Of a stretch of DNA of 64,000 nt, positions 32,223-42,158 are shown piece after piece. The position numbers and the translations under genes were made by a program. The DNA lies in IMG/VR virus record IMGVR_UViG_3300037961_004224, positions 62,254 through 126,253 of that record; one strand, written 5' to 3'. Position 1 is the first letter of the stretch; every line of letters begins with the position of its first letter. The notes beneath the pieces are model-generated. The model saw only the letters and a program-made list of their open reading frames with translations, was not told where the DNA came from and did not search any database. The DNA comes from a virus.

Positions 32223-33023
32223 TTATAAATCTATTTCCTTATTGCCAAATCTTAGCTTATTAAGTTGAACACTTCCTTGATATACCTTATTAATGGTAAG
32301 ATTTCCAAATCTTATCTTAGTCCCAGCAACCGCTGGTGCTGTACCCAAAACCTCTATTCCTAGTGCTGAAACGTCTCTTCGCTCTTCTACTTTTGCTCCA
32401 ACAGCTTGAGTTACAATTCCTGCGACATCCGTTTCATTTACAATTACTGAACCCGCAACTTGTGTAATAACTGAAGATACAGATGTCGTTCCAGATGCCG
32501 AACCTGATGAAGAATGAACAGTAATTTGTATACAGTCAACATAAGCAATATCTTGTGTTCCAAACCCAGTACTATGACTACTTACTTTTAGTATTACTCC
32601 AAAATTTGAAGAGTTTATTTTTGCTGGTGTCCAAGTCTCTCCCCACTTGTCTGATGAGCTTCCGTAAGTAACTGAAGCCTCTGAAGTAGGCCAATTAGTT
32701 CCTGTATCAGCTTTATTTGTTGATCCCGTACCTCCAGAACCATCACCATTGAGTATAAATACTTCAGCATCTCTTATTAGGTTTTGTGCCTTTTTTTGAA
32801 TCGTTACAATAATACCATCTATAGTATCACCAGAATCTATAGAAAATCCAAAATTAGTAGCTTTAAGTTGATCTGCTGCACCGGCCATGCCGACCATGAA
32901 AGTTTGCGAAGCAAAACCTCCATTATCACAATTTTCAGCATCCCCAACGTTAGACCATGCGGTATTCATCATACCGCCGCTAACGTTTACTACTGTTCCG
33001 TTTTCTCTTGTTACTGATGCCAT
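32223..33023 (-). CDS. Fibre-associated carbohydrate-binding-like protein, 266 aa
   Basis: ORF track; LKATNFGFSI…GIIVTI…YVDCIQITVH jelly-roll-like pattern; lies in the fibre cluster. Confidence 0.5.
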   Translation of the reverse strand: MASVTRENGTVVNVSGGMMNTAWSNVGDAENCDNGGFASQTFMVGMAGAADQLKATNFGFSIDSGDTIDGIIVTIQKKAQNLIRDAEVFILNGDGSGGTGSTNKADTGTNWPTSEASVTYGSSSDKWGETWTPAKINSSNFGVILKVSSHSTGFGTQDIAYVDCIQITVHSSSGSASGTTSVSSVITQVAGSVIVNETDVAGIVTQAVGAKVEERRDVSALGIEVLGTAPAVAGTKIRFGNLTINKVYQGSVQLNKLRFGNKEIDL

Positions 33024-33036
33024 TTATTTATAAATC

Positions 33037-36000
33037 CTATACTAAGAAGTACAATGTATTAGCGTCTTTGGAACTCAAGGCGGTGTAAACAGCTTCTGTC
33101 ATGACCATCATATTTTTTACGCCAGAAGCAGATGTCTCTGGGTCGGTAAATGGTATTCCAGACCCATTATATTTGACAGGAGCAACGCTTGCTCCATCGT
33201 TGTATAATGTATCGGTAGTTGTAGACGGTGTTTTGTTTTCTAATGTAACTCCATGATGAAACTTACCAGAAGCAAATACTTCAAAATCAAAATCAGCTAC
33301 ACCCGTTCCAACACTTACGTATCTTGCATTTTTTCCTATTGATACGTCACCACTGGCATCTACGTCTATAAGAGATAAGCCAGTAATATCATTTACTGAG
33401 AATATTGTTCCACTAGATAAATTATCTGTTATAGAAAATAATTGCCCCTGTGTTCCTTCAAATGAAAGTGCAGTACCTGAAGTTGAAGCACTTGCAAAAC
33501 TTGACAAAACTTCTAAGTTTATTGGTGTGTCATTAACACCAGATCCAGTAAATACAATTTTAGGAGTTACTTTAGTGGTAGATGTTACATCTATTTGCCT
33601 AAAGTTTCCGGTTCCTCCAAATATATTAAACTCTGTTCCGTCTAAAGTCAATCCACTGCCAGCGGTATATGAGCTACCTCCACCCACAGCAGAGCCATTG
33701 AAATACAAAGATCCACCGACATTATAAAGCTTGTCGGTTGTGCTTACTGGGGTAATTCTGTCGAGAGCAATACCTGAATGAGCAGTAACCAATCCGGTTG
33801 CATCAACGTTTCCATCAGCATCTATTACAAAATATGGGTCGTCATTTTCATCTCTGACATTAAGCAAGTCGGCTGTTTGACTGGTTAGTTTTTCTATTAC
33901 AAGCGTTCTTCTGCCAGTGGCTGCCGTTCTCATGTTTAATTGAGCACCACCGTCAAACCCAAAGAATCTGATACCTGCACCGTCAGTCTGTATGAATGTG
34001 GTTCCACCCGCTCTAAGATACATGTGGGAGCCACTGTCACAATCTATAAATGAGTTACCACCAGTAAACTTTAATTGTCTTGCTCCACCAATATTTAGAT
34101 CACTAGATAGGGTCTCGGTATTAATACCAACTCTACCATTACTATCGTTTATAACAAAAGTATGGTCAGCAGAGGTTGTATTGACATTGACTTTATAGCT
34201 TCCATGATTTCCTGTACCTATGCCCAAGCTACCTGCTATGGTTGCTCCACCGTTGCCAGTTATATCACCAGTAGAACTTATATTTCCACTTGTAGCTATA
34301 CTGCCATCAGCAGCAATACTAGTAAGTACTTTACCATCAGATCTCTTAAACTCAGCCATATTCGCTGACTGGGAAGCTGCCGCTTGTACGGTAATTGGTA
34401 CAGTTGTTGACGATGCTGGAGTGACACTCAAATCGCCATTTTTTATAATTAGGCTATTAGTACCGCTATTAAAAGATAATGATCCACTGTTTGCTGTTAA
34501 TGCCCCATTGCTTCCAAAGAACGCAACTCCAGAAGGACTACCATTATAAACCACACCCGATAGTGCGGTTGTTTTTGTGTTTAACAATCCAGTAGATGTT
34601 TGCAATGCACTTATATCTGTGTCATTGGATGTAATTTGTGACTGTAAATAACCAGAAGCAGCAGCGTTAGCAGTCACTCTAGTGTCTAAATTGCCAGTGG
34701 CCGTCTCCAAGGCAGAAACGTCAGTATTCAGTAATCCAGTCGCTGTCTGCAAAGCAGAGACGTTGGTATTAAGGACTCCGGTCGCTGTCTCCAAGGCAGA
34801 AACGTCAGTATTTAGTAATCCAGTCGCTGTCTTCAGGGCAGAAACGTCAGTATTTAGTAATCCAGTCGCTGTCTTCAAGTCAGAAACGTCAGGGTTAAGT
34901 AGTCCAGTCGCTGCCTGCAATGCACTTATATCTGCATCATTAGATGTAATTTGATTCTGTAAAAGACCGACAATAACAGCGTTGGTCTGCACTCTACTAT
35001 CTAAATTGCCACTTACAGTATTAAGATAAGTCGTGGTTGGATATCCTGAGCCGTTAAAGTATAGACCGCCGCCCACATTGTAAAGCTTGTCTGTAGTGGT
35101 CGCTGGTGTGTTGCGTTGCAGCGTAATGCCAGTTGAAGCAATAATCAAACCGCTTACATTTAAGCTAGAACCATCAAAAGTTAAATTAGATTCTACATTA
35201 GCCGTTGAAGAATCACCAAAAGTGACCAGCCCGTTTGCAGTAGAACCACTAAACGATATTCCTCCACCGCCGCCACCACCAACAGCAGAGCCGTTGAAAT
35301 ATAAAGAACCACCTACGTTATAAAGTTTGTCTGTGGTACTAGATGGAGTATTTCTTTGTAAAGCGATACCAGTAGCTGCGGTTACGAGTCCTGTAGATTC
35401 AATAGTTCCACTAGAAATTAGTGATGCAGAAAACTGACCAGTAGCCCCATAAATAGCAGCTAAAGCACTATTGTCATTACTTTTTACAGCCAGTATATCT
35501 GTGTCTACATAACTTAAAGTAACCTTGTCGGTCCCATCAGACGCTGCAAACCGTAGAAAAGGACCACGTAGTTCAACATTGCTGCTTTGAATTTGCATCT
35601 TAGGGCTATTACTAATTCTAAACTGCACAAGACTTGCATCATTAATATAACCGCCTAATTCAAGATTTCCTGTCAAATTTACGTCACCAGAAACGCTAAC
35701 ATTGCCAGTTGTATCTATATTTCCATTAGCACTGATACTAGTCATAACTGTACCAGCACTATTCTGCCACTGCTGAAGATCCTCAGACTGAGAAGCCGCA
35801 CCTTCAACAATCAATCCAACATCGGTAGAAAGATTGTTTACAACGTGAAGCTGACCTTCTGGGTCTTTATTGTTTATTCCAACATCACCACTAGAAGTAA
35901 CTATAAATACATCGCCTGCATTGCCGCCAAAGGATTTTACTGTAATATAGTTTGCAGATGTATTATTATCATTTAAAATACCAAGTTTGGCTGTATTTGT

Positions 36001-36666
36001 AGCAGTGCCAATTTCCAATACGTTTTGTGAACTATTACCAACACTGAAAGCAGCGGTACTGGACGCTGCAATGCGAGTTTTACCACCAACATCTAAAGTA
36101 TATAATGCACTAGGAGAAGAATTTTTAATACCAACACTAGTTCCATTATCAAAAATAAGACCAGTAGCAATAGATGTTACGCCAGAAAATCTAGGAACAT
36201 AATTTGCAGTTCCAGAGCCAGTTATAGTCGCAGATCCTGCACCAACAGCAGTTCCATTGAAATATAAATTTCCACCAATATTATAAAGCTTGTCTGTAGT
36301 TACAGAAGGTGTGTTTCTTTGGATTTCCATACCTGTAGCTACAACAACAAGTCCAGAAGATAAAACATCTCTTCCATACTCTGCAAGCTTAACATCACCA
36401 GAAGCATTTATTTCAAAAAATGGAAAGCCAGCAGAATCTGAAACATGGAAAATAGTACCACTAGATAAATTATCATTTATTTCTAATAATCTTCCCTGCG
36501 TACCATCAAAAACAACACTTGTCACACCACTTCCGGCAGCAGCGATACTGGGGACCGGACTCGCACCCGATATAACATTCAAGTTTACTGGACTTACTGG
36601 CCCAGAACTATTGAATTTTATTTGTGGTTCACCGCTTTTCGGTGTTATTAAAATATCTTGAGTCAT
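33037..36666 (-). CDS. Long fibre protein, 1209 aa, modular, with coiled-coil repeats
   Basis: Duplicated terminal module (F[D/E]GTQG[R/Q]L…DNLSSGTIF); four TDKLYN[I/V]GGxLYFNG modules; 14-aa heptad repeats. Confidence 0.8.
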   Translation of the reverse strand: MTQDILITPKSGEPQIKFNSSGPVSPVNLNVISGASPVPSIAAAGSGVTSVVFDGTQGRLLEINDNLSSGTIFHVSDSAGFPFFEINASGDVKLAEYGRDVLSSGLVVVATGMEIQRNTPSVTTDKLYNIGGNLYFNGTAVGAGSATITGSGTANYVPRFSGVTSIATGLIFDNGTSVGIKNSSPSALYTLDVGGKTRIAASSTAAFSVGNSSQNVLEIGTATNTAKLGILNDNNTSANYITVKSFGGNAGDVFIVTSSGDVGINNKDPEGQLHVVNNLSTDVGLIVEGAASQSEDLQQWQNSAGTVMTSISANGNIDTTGNVSVSGDVNLTGNLELGGYINDASLVQFRISNSPKMQIQSSNVELRGPFLRFAASDGTDKVTLSYVDTDILAVKSNDNSALAAIYGATGQFSASLISSGTIESTGLVTAATGIALQRNTPSSTTDKLYNVGGSLYFNGSAVGGGGGGGISFSGSTANGLVTFGDSSTANVESNLTFDGSSLNVSGLIIASTGITLQRNTPATTTDKLYNVGGGLYFNGSGYPTTTYLNTVSGNLDSRVQTNAVIVGLLQNQITSNDADISALQAATGLLNPDVSDLKTATGLLNTDVSALKTATGLLNTDVSALETATGVLNTNVSALQTATGLLNTDVSALETATGNLDTRVTANAAASGYLQSQITSNDTDISALQTSTGLLNTKTTALSGVVYNGSPSGVAFFGSNGALTANSGSLSFNSGTNSLIIKNGDLSVTPASSTTVPITVQAAASQSANMAEFKRSDGKVLTSIAADGSIATSGNISSTGDITGNGGATIAGSLGIGTGNHGSYKVNVNTTSADHTFVINDSNGRVGINTETLSSDLNIGGARQLKFTGGNSFIDCDSGSHMYLRAGGTTFIQTDGAGIRFFGFDGGAQLNMRTAATGRRTLVIEKLTSQTADLLNVRDENDDPYFVIDADGNVDATGLVTAHSGIALDRITPVSTTDKLYNVGGSLYFNGSAVGGGSSYTAGSGLTLDGTEFNIFGGTGNFRQIDVTSTTKVTPKIVFTGSGVNDTPINLEVLSSFASASTSGTALSFEGTQGQLFSITDNLSSGTIFSVNDITGLSLIDVDASGDVSIGKNARYVSVGTGVADFDFEVFASGKFHHGVTLENKTPSTTTDTLYNDGASVAPVKYNGSGIPFTDPETSASGVKNMMVMTEAVYTALSSKDANTLYFLV
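34694..34930. repeat. 42-bp tandem repeat (~5.5 copies) encoding TATGLLNTDVSAL[K/E/Q]
   Basis: Units start at 34694, 34736, 34778, 34820, 34862 and 34904. Confidence 0.9.
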
Positions 36667-36677
36667 TTATACTACCC

Positions 36678-37397
36678 TTATAATGAAACTGGTCCAAATG
36701 AAGGTTGATGGTCTTCTGAAAACCTTGATTTTGTAGAGTTGTAAATTTGTTTTATCTCGGTGGAAGTTAAAGCACGATTGTAAATATAAGCACTCGAAAC
36801 ACCACCGTTAAAATATCCTGATGAATCATATGATGATTTTGAAATTGTGATTTCTGATAAGTCAGTTATGTTAGCAGTGCCAACACTAATAGATGTATTA
36901 AATTCACCGTCTATATAAGCACTAGCAGTAGTACCAACAACTGTAATGCATATATTTCTCCATTTGTCATCTGTCATGTTGGTTGATGTAATTCCGGGAA
37001 ATGTATAGTCTGCAACGCCGCCAAACGTCATGCTTAAAAGAGAACTTGAAAATTGGATTCTCATTCCATTGTTTGTGGAAGGTTTAGAATAAGAAAGCAA
37101 AACACTAGCACCAGTCTGAGAAAGTTTATACCAACCCATCATGGTTAATCCATTACTTGGGTCTATCGGTGAAAAGCTAACAGACTGCGTGTGGAAATCG
37201 TTAGATCCATCAAAATTAATATATCCACCATTTTCTGGTTCATATCCGGGGCCATTCGTTAAAGTTCCTTGTGATTTTCCTATTATATCTACCCAAGAAG
37301 CAGAACCGTCTACGCCATTAAAACTACGAAAACACGTAGCATCAATGCAGTAGGCTATGCCTTCACTAACTATTTTAGGGCCATTAAAAGTAGCCAT
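36678..37397 (-). CDS. LamG/ConA-like lectin domain protein, 239 aa
   Basis: Motifs GPKIV..GIAYCIDA, FDGSND, WRNICIT, YIYNRALTSTEIKQIYNSTKSRF. Confidence 0.8.
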   Translation of the reverse strand: MATFNGPKIVSEGIAYCIDATCFRSFNGVDGSASWVDIIGKSQGTLTNGPGYEPENGGYINFDGSNDFHTQSVSFSPIDPSNGLTMMGWYKLSQTGASVLLSYSKPSTNNGMRIQFSSSLLSMTFGGVADYTFPGITSTNMTDDKWRNICITVVGTTASAYIDGEFNTSISVGTANITDLSEITISKSSYDSSGYFNGGVSSAYIYNRALTSTEIKQIYNSTKSRFSEDHQPSFGPVSL

Positions 37398-37414
37398 GTT
37401 TGGCCTCCATTATT

Positions 37415-38980
37415 CTATGATTTATATTCTACTTTAAGTGGGTCAATATCTTTTCTAACCGCATGTACTATATAATATGCGTTTATACCTTTATCAGAAC
37501 GTAAATATACTTTATTATTTTCAACTTTATCCACAAACAGATTTGGTTGAGAATACTTTTGAGGTGTTAAATTTACAGTAATTGATTTCTCATCAACTAA
37601 GCCTATCCAATAATCTGGAAGATCAATAATCTTTGATTCTGCAAAACCTCTAACATAAACGCCGTTTTCCGGTCCCTCTAGACACGAATACTGAAGTTTA
37701 TAATTTTCTTTTGTTGGGTGGTCTATCAAGAAAGATTTACTTGTAGCAGCAAGCGATCCATTTATTGTTAGTGTATTTGATGATTTATTCCAAGTCAAAT
37801 CACTGTCTGCACCAAACACTCCACTATCATTAAACTGGACTTGTTTATCAGACCCTCCGGGATCTGGTATCAATCCAGAAACAGAAGAAATATTAGATGC
37901 ATTTGTAGTAATTCTGGAATCTAAATTACCGCTTACAGATATGAGATCTCCACTTACTGTATTTATTCCAGTCTGTAAGTTACCACTAACATTGTTTATA
38001 TATACTACTGAACCAGAAATACTAACAGTATTATTTGATGTATTATAAAGTACATGGTTTGTACCGAGTCCAGTAAATTTAACTGTATCATTAAATGCTA
38101 TCGTGTCTGAAACACCAGAAACAGAAAGATTCCATTTACCACTAGATCCACTAATATTAAATAAGTTTGGGCTTCCACTAGCAAGACTAACTGAAACACT
38201 GTCTATACCCACAAATTTTACTTGATTTGTTGGCAATATATTAACTGATGCAGAATTATCAGAAGCTGTCCAGTATTGATAATTGTCTTTAGAAGAAGCT
38301 ATTCCAGAAACTGTAGCGATGTTGGTTGTATTGGTTGTTACTCTGGTATCCAGTAAACCAGTAGATGTTTCTAGTGCAGATATTTGAGAATCATTAGAAG
38401 TTATTTGCGATTGCAAATATCCAGAAGAAGCAGTATTTTTTGTTATCTGACCTTGAAGATAACCAGATGACAGTGTATTTTTAGTTATCTGCCCTTGTAA
38501 ATATCCAGACGATGCCGTATTATTTGAAACTTGTGTTTGTAAGTTTCCGCTAACATTATTAACAAAAGCTGTAGTGGCATAGGCAGATATGTCTTGATGA
38601 CCTGTGTAGGCAATTGTTTGAGTATTTCCATCTGGAAATCTAACACCAGATATATCTGTTACTATTCTGTTATCACCAGATGTATATACGCTCGCCCCTG
38701 CGGGGTAAGTTATAAAGACATTAGAAGTAGAAGCTACATTAATTTTAGTTGTGCCACTACTACTAGAAAATATCTCATCTCTAGTTAGAGTAGATCCAGA
38801 GAAAACACCTCTACCAACTTCAAACTGATTAGAATTTTGTATCGTGTAGAGAGTGACATCTCCATCATTCAAAGCACCACTAAATGTTTGAAAAGATGGA
38901 AAACTACTAGATAGAGTTATTGTGCCCGTCCCAGTCGTTGTGGTAAGCTGTTTTACCCTATCCTTAATTTTTAATGGCAT
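37415..38980 (-). CDS. Fibre protein with a C-terminal KSFLIDHP…EGPENGVYVRG domain, 521 aa
   Basis: N-terminal DRVKQLTTTTGTGTITL; three copies of a 14-aa SSGYLQ[G/S]QIT coiled coil; C-terminal domain typical of phage fibre ends. Confidence 0.75.
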   Translation of the reverse strand: MPLKIKDRVKQLTTTTGTGTITLSSSFPSFQTFSGALNDGDVTLYTIQNSNQFEVGRGVFSGSTLTRDEIFSSSSGTTKINVASTSNVFITYPAGASVYTSGDNRIVTDISGVRFPDGNTQTIAYTGHQDISAYATTAFVNNVSGNLQTQVSNNTASSGYLQGQITKNTLSSGYLQGQITKNTASSGYLQSQITSNDSQISALETSTGLLDTRVTTNTTNIATVSGIASSKDNYQYWTASDNSASVNILPTNQVKFVGIDSVSVSLASGSPNLFNISGSSGKWNLSVSGVSDTIAFNDTVKFTGLGTNHVLYNTSNNTVSISGSVVYINNVSGNLQTGINTVSGDLISVSGNLDSRITTNASNISSVSGLIPDPGGSDKQVQFNDSGVFGADSDLTWNKSSNTLTINGSLAATSKSFLIDHPTKENYKLQYSCLEGPENGVYVRGFAESKIIDLPDYWIGLVDEKSITVNLTPQKYSQPNLFVDKVENNKVYLRSDKGINAYYIVHAVRKDIDPLKVEYKS

Positions 38981-39022
38981 CTGTTTCTCCGATACTATTT
39001 TTAAACTGAGATATATTCCTAC

Positions 39023-39056
39023 AAAAAAACCGATGGCAGCTACGTGCCACCATCGG
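39023..39056 (-). terminator. Rho-independent terminator after the major capsid gene
   Basis: CCGATGG…CCATCGG stem with an A7 tract on the + strand (U-tract on the - strand). Confidence 0.75.
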
Positions 39057-39083
39057 CTAAAATGTTTATTTTTTCAGAATGGA

Positions 39084-40082
39084 CTAGAATGCACCCAAGA
39101 GTACTCTTCTGTTGTCCAAAACTGCAAAACCTTGTTCTGCCCAGCCGTAGAAGCCAGCACGTCTTTGACGATGCAGAGTGTCGTCTTCCCAAATTTGAAG
39201 ACCTGCACGAACTGGCATTACAAAGCTGTCGTCGCTTGACATGTCAAGACCAACAACAATTTCGCTGTCACCAGCAGGGAGAGTACCACCGAGATCGTTC
39301 TCATAGAACAACTCATACTCTTGGTCGTCTCCAAGCTCATCCAAATCATGCAAGTTGACTTGGAAAATACGTGTCAACATGCCACCTTCTTGAGTGATAA
39401 GCTCACGACGAGTAATGTCATCAACTTCATCAACACCCCAGTTACGAATATCTTCGATAGCTTCTGGGCTAACAAAAAGATCAGTCAATCTACCACGATT
39501 AATTGAGCTAGAGTTACCACCACCGTTTCTACGCATGGTGATCTTCATCAAAGAAACCAATCTCTTTGAGAACTGGCTTGCAGCCGCATCTGGATCGTAA
39601 ACAAGAATGTTACGGTCAACGCCAGCGGAAATCAAGGTGTGCCAACCGTCATCGTTCATTTTCTTTGTGAACTGAGAACGCATAACGTCCATAGCACGAC
39701 CAACAACATCCCAGCGTGCATCACGAGCATACTTCAACAAGTAGTCGATAGAAGCACCGATGTCATAGGTAGGAACCATGACGTAATCGCCTTCTACATG
39801 ACGCTCTGGAATGCGACCGTGATTAGGGATAGTATATGCAACAAAATCTTTTTCTGTGCCGGGAGCTAGGAAATCCAATGGGAATTCGCTAGTTGCACCG
39901 GGAGCGAGATTAACAACTTCGTAGATACCGTCAAGGATATCTCCACTCATAACGCCTTTACGCAAAGGAGTCTCAAGTGCTTTTGCTAGTTCTGCAACAG
40001 CAGCCAAAGATTCTTCTTTTTTCTGGGAACCACTTTGTCTAAGAATGGCTTCCATCTCTGGACTATATTCAAAATTTTTCAT
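39084..40082 (-). CDS. Major capsid protein, 332 aa
   Basis: Follows the protease/scaffold and decoration genes; strong RBS; downstream terminator; HK97-like C-terminal pattern (GFYGWAEQGFAVLDNRRV). Confidence 0.85.
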   Translation of the reverse strand: MKNFEYSPEMEAILRQSGSQKKEESLAAVAELAKALETPLRKGVMSGDILDGIYEVVNLAPGATSEFPLDFLAPGTEKDFVAYTIPNHGRIPERHVEGDYVMVPTYDIGASIDYLLKYARDARWDVVGRAMDVMRSQFTKKMNDDGWHTLISAGVDRNILVYDPDAAASQFSKRLVSLMKITMRRNGGGNSSSINRGRLTDLFVSPEAIEDIRNWGVDEVDDITRRELITQEGGMLTRIFQVNLHDLDELGDDQEYELFYENDLGGTLPAGDSEIVVGLDMSSDDSFVMPVRAGLQIWEDDTLHRQRRAGFYGWAEQGFAVLDNRRVLLGAF

Positions 40083-40105
40083 TTTTTATTTCCTTTTTGT
40101 AAAAA

Positions 40106-40564
40106 TTAGACGATGTTGATTTCAACTTTGGCATAGCCATCTTTGTCTTTAATACCCAACCAACGTCCAACAGCCATACTTTTACCAGCAGGATCACTAG
40201 CAGTAGTTAGCTTGCCTGTTGCATCGAAGTGTACTTTTTCTCCAATAACCGGCGTGCCAGAAATTTGGTCAGTAACAACGGTTCCACGTCGAAGCAAAGT
40301 GACTTTACCGCCAAGTTGTACTTCGTCTTTGTGGGCATTGTATTGTTGACGAGTCAAATCAAGATTAACAACGTCATTAAGAATCAAACCAGCAGCAAGA
40401 TCTCCTGTGCTTGAAACTGTATCAACTTGTGCAAGCGAATCATCCATTGCCGCACCAGAACCTCCAGTGAGGTGTGCCACAATAAGACCACGCTCAATCA
40501 CGGCATCAGCTTTAAAGAAGCTAATATCCGTGAGATGTTCAACACGATCACCTTTTAGAGCCAT
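40106..40564 (-). CDS. Capsid decoration / cement-like protein (~152 aa)
   Basis: ATG at 40564 with RBS GGAG; lies between the scaffold and capsid genes. Confidence 0.65.
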   Translation of the reverse strand: MALKGDRVEHLTDISFFKADAVIERGLIVAHLTGGSGAAMDDSLAQVDTVSSTGDLAAGLILNDVVNLDLTRQQYNAHKDEVQLGGKVTLLRRGTVVTDQISGTPVIGEKVHFDATGKLTTASDPAGKSMAVGRWLGIKDKDGYAKVEINIV

Positions 40565-40593
40565 TTTATAATCTCCTAAGTTAAATAGAATGT

Positions 40594-42156
40594 TTATTTC
40601 ATGATATTTTTCTCTACCCACTCTTGGAGACTTGCTCTAGCTGTGGATACTTCGTCTTCGGTTTCACTTGAAACAGCAACGTTGCTCTCATCAAGTTCTT
40701 CTTCGATAAGCTCAGAAGCTTCAGTCTCTTCTACGATCTCTTCTTCTTCTGCTTTAGCTTCATCGTCTTTTTTCTTTTTTTCATCTTCTTCATGCATTCC
40801 AGCTTCTGCATCTTTCTTCTTTTTCTTCATGTCATAGTGCATGTCTGCGACAGTCTGAACGAAGGCATCAAATGCTTCATCTGAAACTTCTGCAAAGATA
40901 TCAAGTTTGGCTTCTGCTTCTTCACCTGAAAGGCCAGCTTCAACCATCTTGTTTTTACGATCTTCTTTTTTCTTGTCTTCATGCATTTTGTGCATAAGTG
41001 CTTGCGACTCCTCAAGTGCTGCGGTTTTTTCATCCAACTCTTTTTGAAGAGCTTCTGATTTTGCCACGACTTCTTCCAACTGCGAAGAAACGTCACCAGC
41101 GTTAGATTCAAACTCTGCGACAGTTGATTCTAGCTGTGTAATCTTTTTCTCATATGCAGAAACGTTAGCTTGTGAAAGCTTTTCGTTAAGATTTTTATTT
41201 TCTTCTTGGACAGAAGCAAGAGTTTCCTTTAACTCTTTCACCTGATCATTTAAAATTTGATTATCAGACATTTTATTGTTCTCCATATCTGAGGCATTAA
41301 CTTCAAAAGAAAGTTGCTTCTCTATATTAGATGTTACACCATTGTTCTGTAAAAATAGATTTTTAGTTCTTTCTACCGACGCGAAAGAAAAAATATGTTC
41401 CTTATCGAATATGATACTATCAGGGTTTGCTGGCTTATTTACAAAGCCTTTTCCGCTAAAAGTAATATTCTTTAGTACTCTTCCAACCTTGTGGTCTTGG
41501 TAAGAACCGTGACCACCATATGCCCTTAAATGCTGAGTAAGAAATGCTGTATTTTCATCTCTTGCAACAACGTGATTTTTCCCATCTGGAGCTACAATGC
41601 CATAATCAAACCCTTTAAATATACATTCCATACTCACAAATTTATCACCATTTTCGATTTCAGCGATAAGAGTTTCTGCCCTTTCCTTTAAATCAGGATC
41701 TTGCCACTGCCTGAAGATAACAGAAGAAACCAGCAAGTGATACACATCTGGTAACTCTGATGCAACTACATCATCAGGAATAAGCTCAAAATCATCATTT
41801 ACAGGCCAGCAGTTGACCATTCCCCCAACCATTTGTTTTTCATCGTGTTCTATGTTTGTGGGTTTAAACACAGGGGTATTGCGTGCCGCCCATACTTCTT
41901 CTTTACCAAATATATCGTCATTTCTATTCCATGAAGTAGATACAAGAATTGAAAATACATTGTAAAGATCTGGGTCATTTACCGCAGCAGATGTTATATC
42001 AAGCAAATCTGAACTTGCTTTTGAAAGCTGTTTGCCGTCCAAACACTTAGAGTCATAATTTACAACAGGTGCTGTAAAAGCAACAGAAGCTTGGGAACGT
42101 ATCTTTTCTTCCAACCCACATGCCTTCTCTACATCATAAACTTTTATTTCATTCAT
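40594..42156 (-). CDS. Prohead protease-scaffold fusion, 520 aa
   Basis: N-terminal domain (WNRNDDIF, PTNIEHD, VSMEC, FSGKGFVNKPANP) followed by an acidic coiled coil. Confidence 0.75.
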   Translation of the reverse strand: MNEIKVYDVEKACGLEEKIRSQASVAFTAPVVNYDSKCLDGKQLSKASSDLLDITSAAVNDPDLYNVFSILVSTSWNRNDDIFGKEEVWAARNTPVFKPTNIEHDEKQMVGGMVNCWPVNDDFELIPDDVVASELPDVYHLLVSSVIFRQWQDPDLKERAETLIAEIENGDKFVSMECIFKGFDYGIVAPDGKNHVVARDENTAFLTQHLRAYGGHGSYQDHKVGRVLKNITFSGKGFVNKPANPDSIIFDKEHIFSFASVERTKNLFLQNNGVTSNIEKQLSFEVNASDMENNKMSDNQILNDQVKELKETLASVQEENKNLNEKLSQANVSAYEKKITQLESTVAEFESNAGDVSSQLEEVVAKSEALQKELDEKTAALEESQALMHKMHEDKKKEDRKNKMVEAGLSGEEAEAKLDIFAEVSDEAFDAFVQTVADMHYDMKKKKKDAEAGMHEEDEKKKKDDEAKAEEEEIVEETEASELIEEELDESNVAVSSETEDEVSTARASLQEWVEKNIMK

Positions 42157-42158
42157 TT

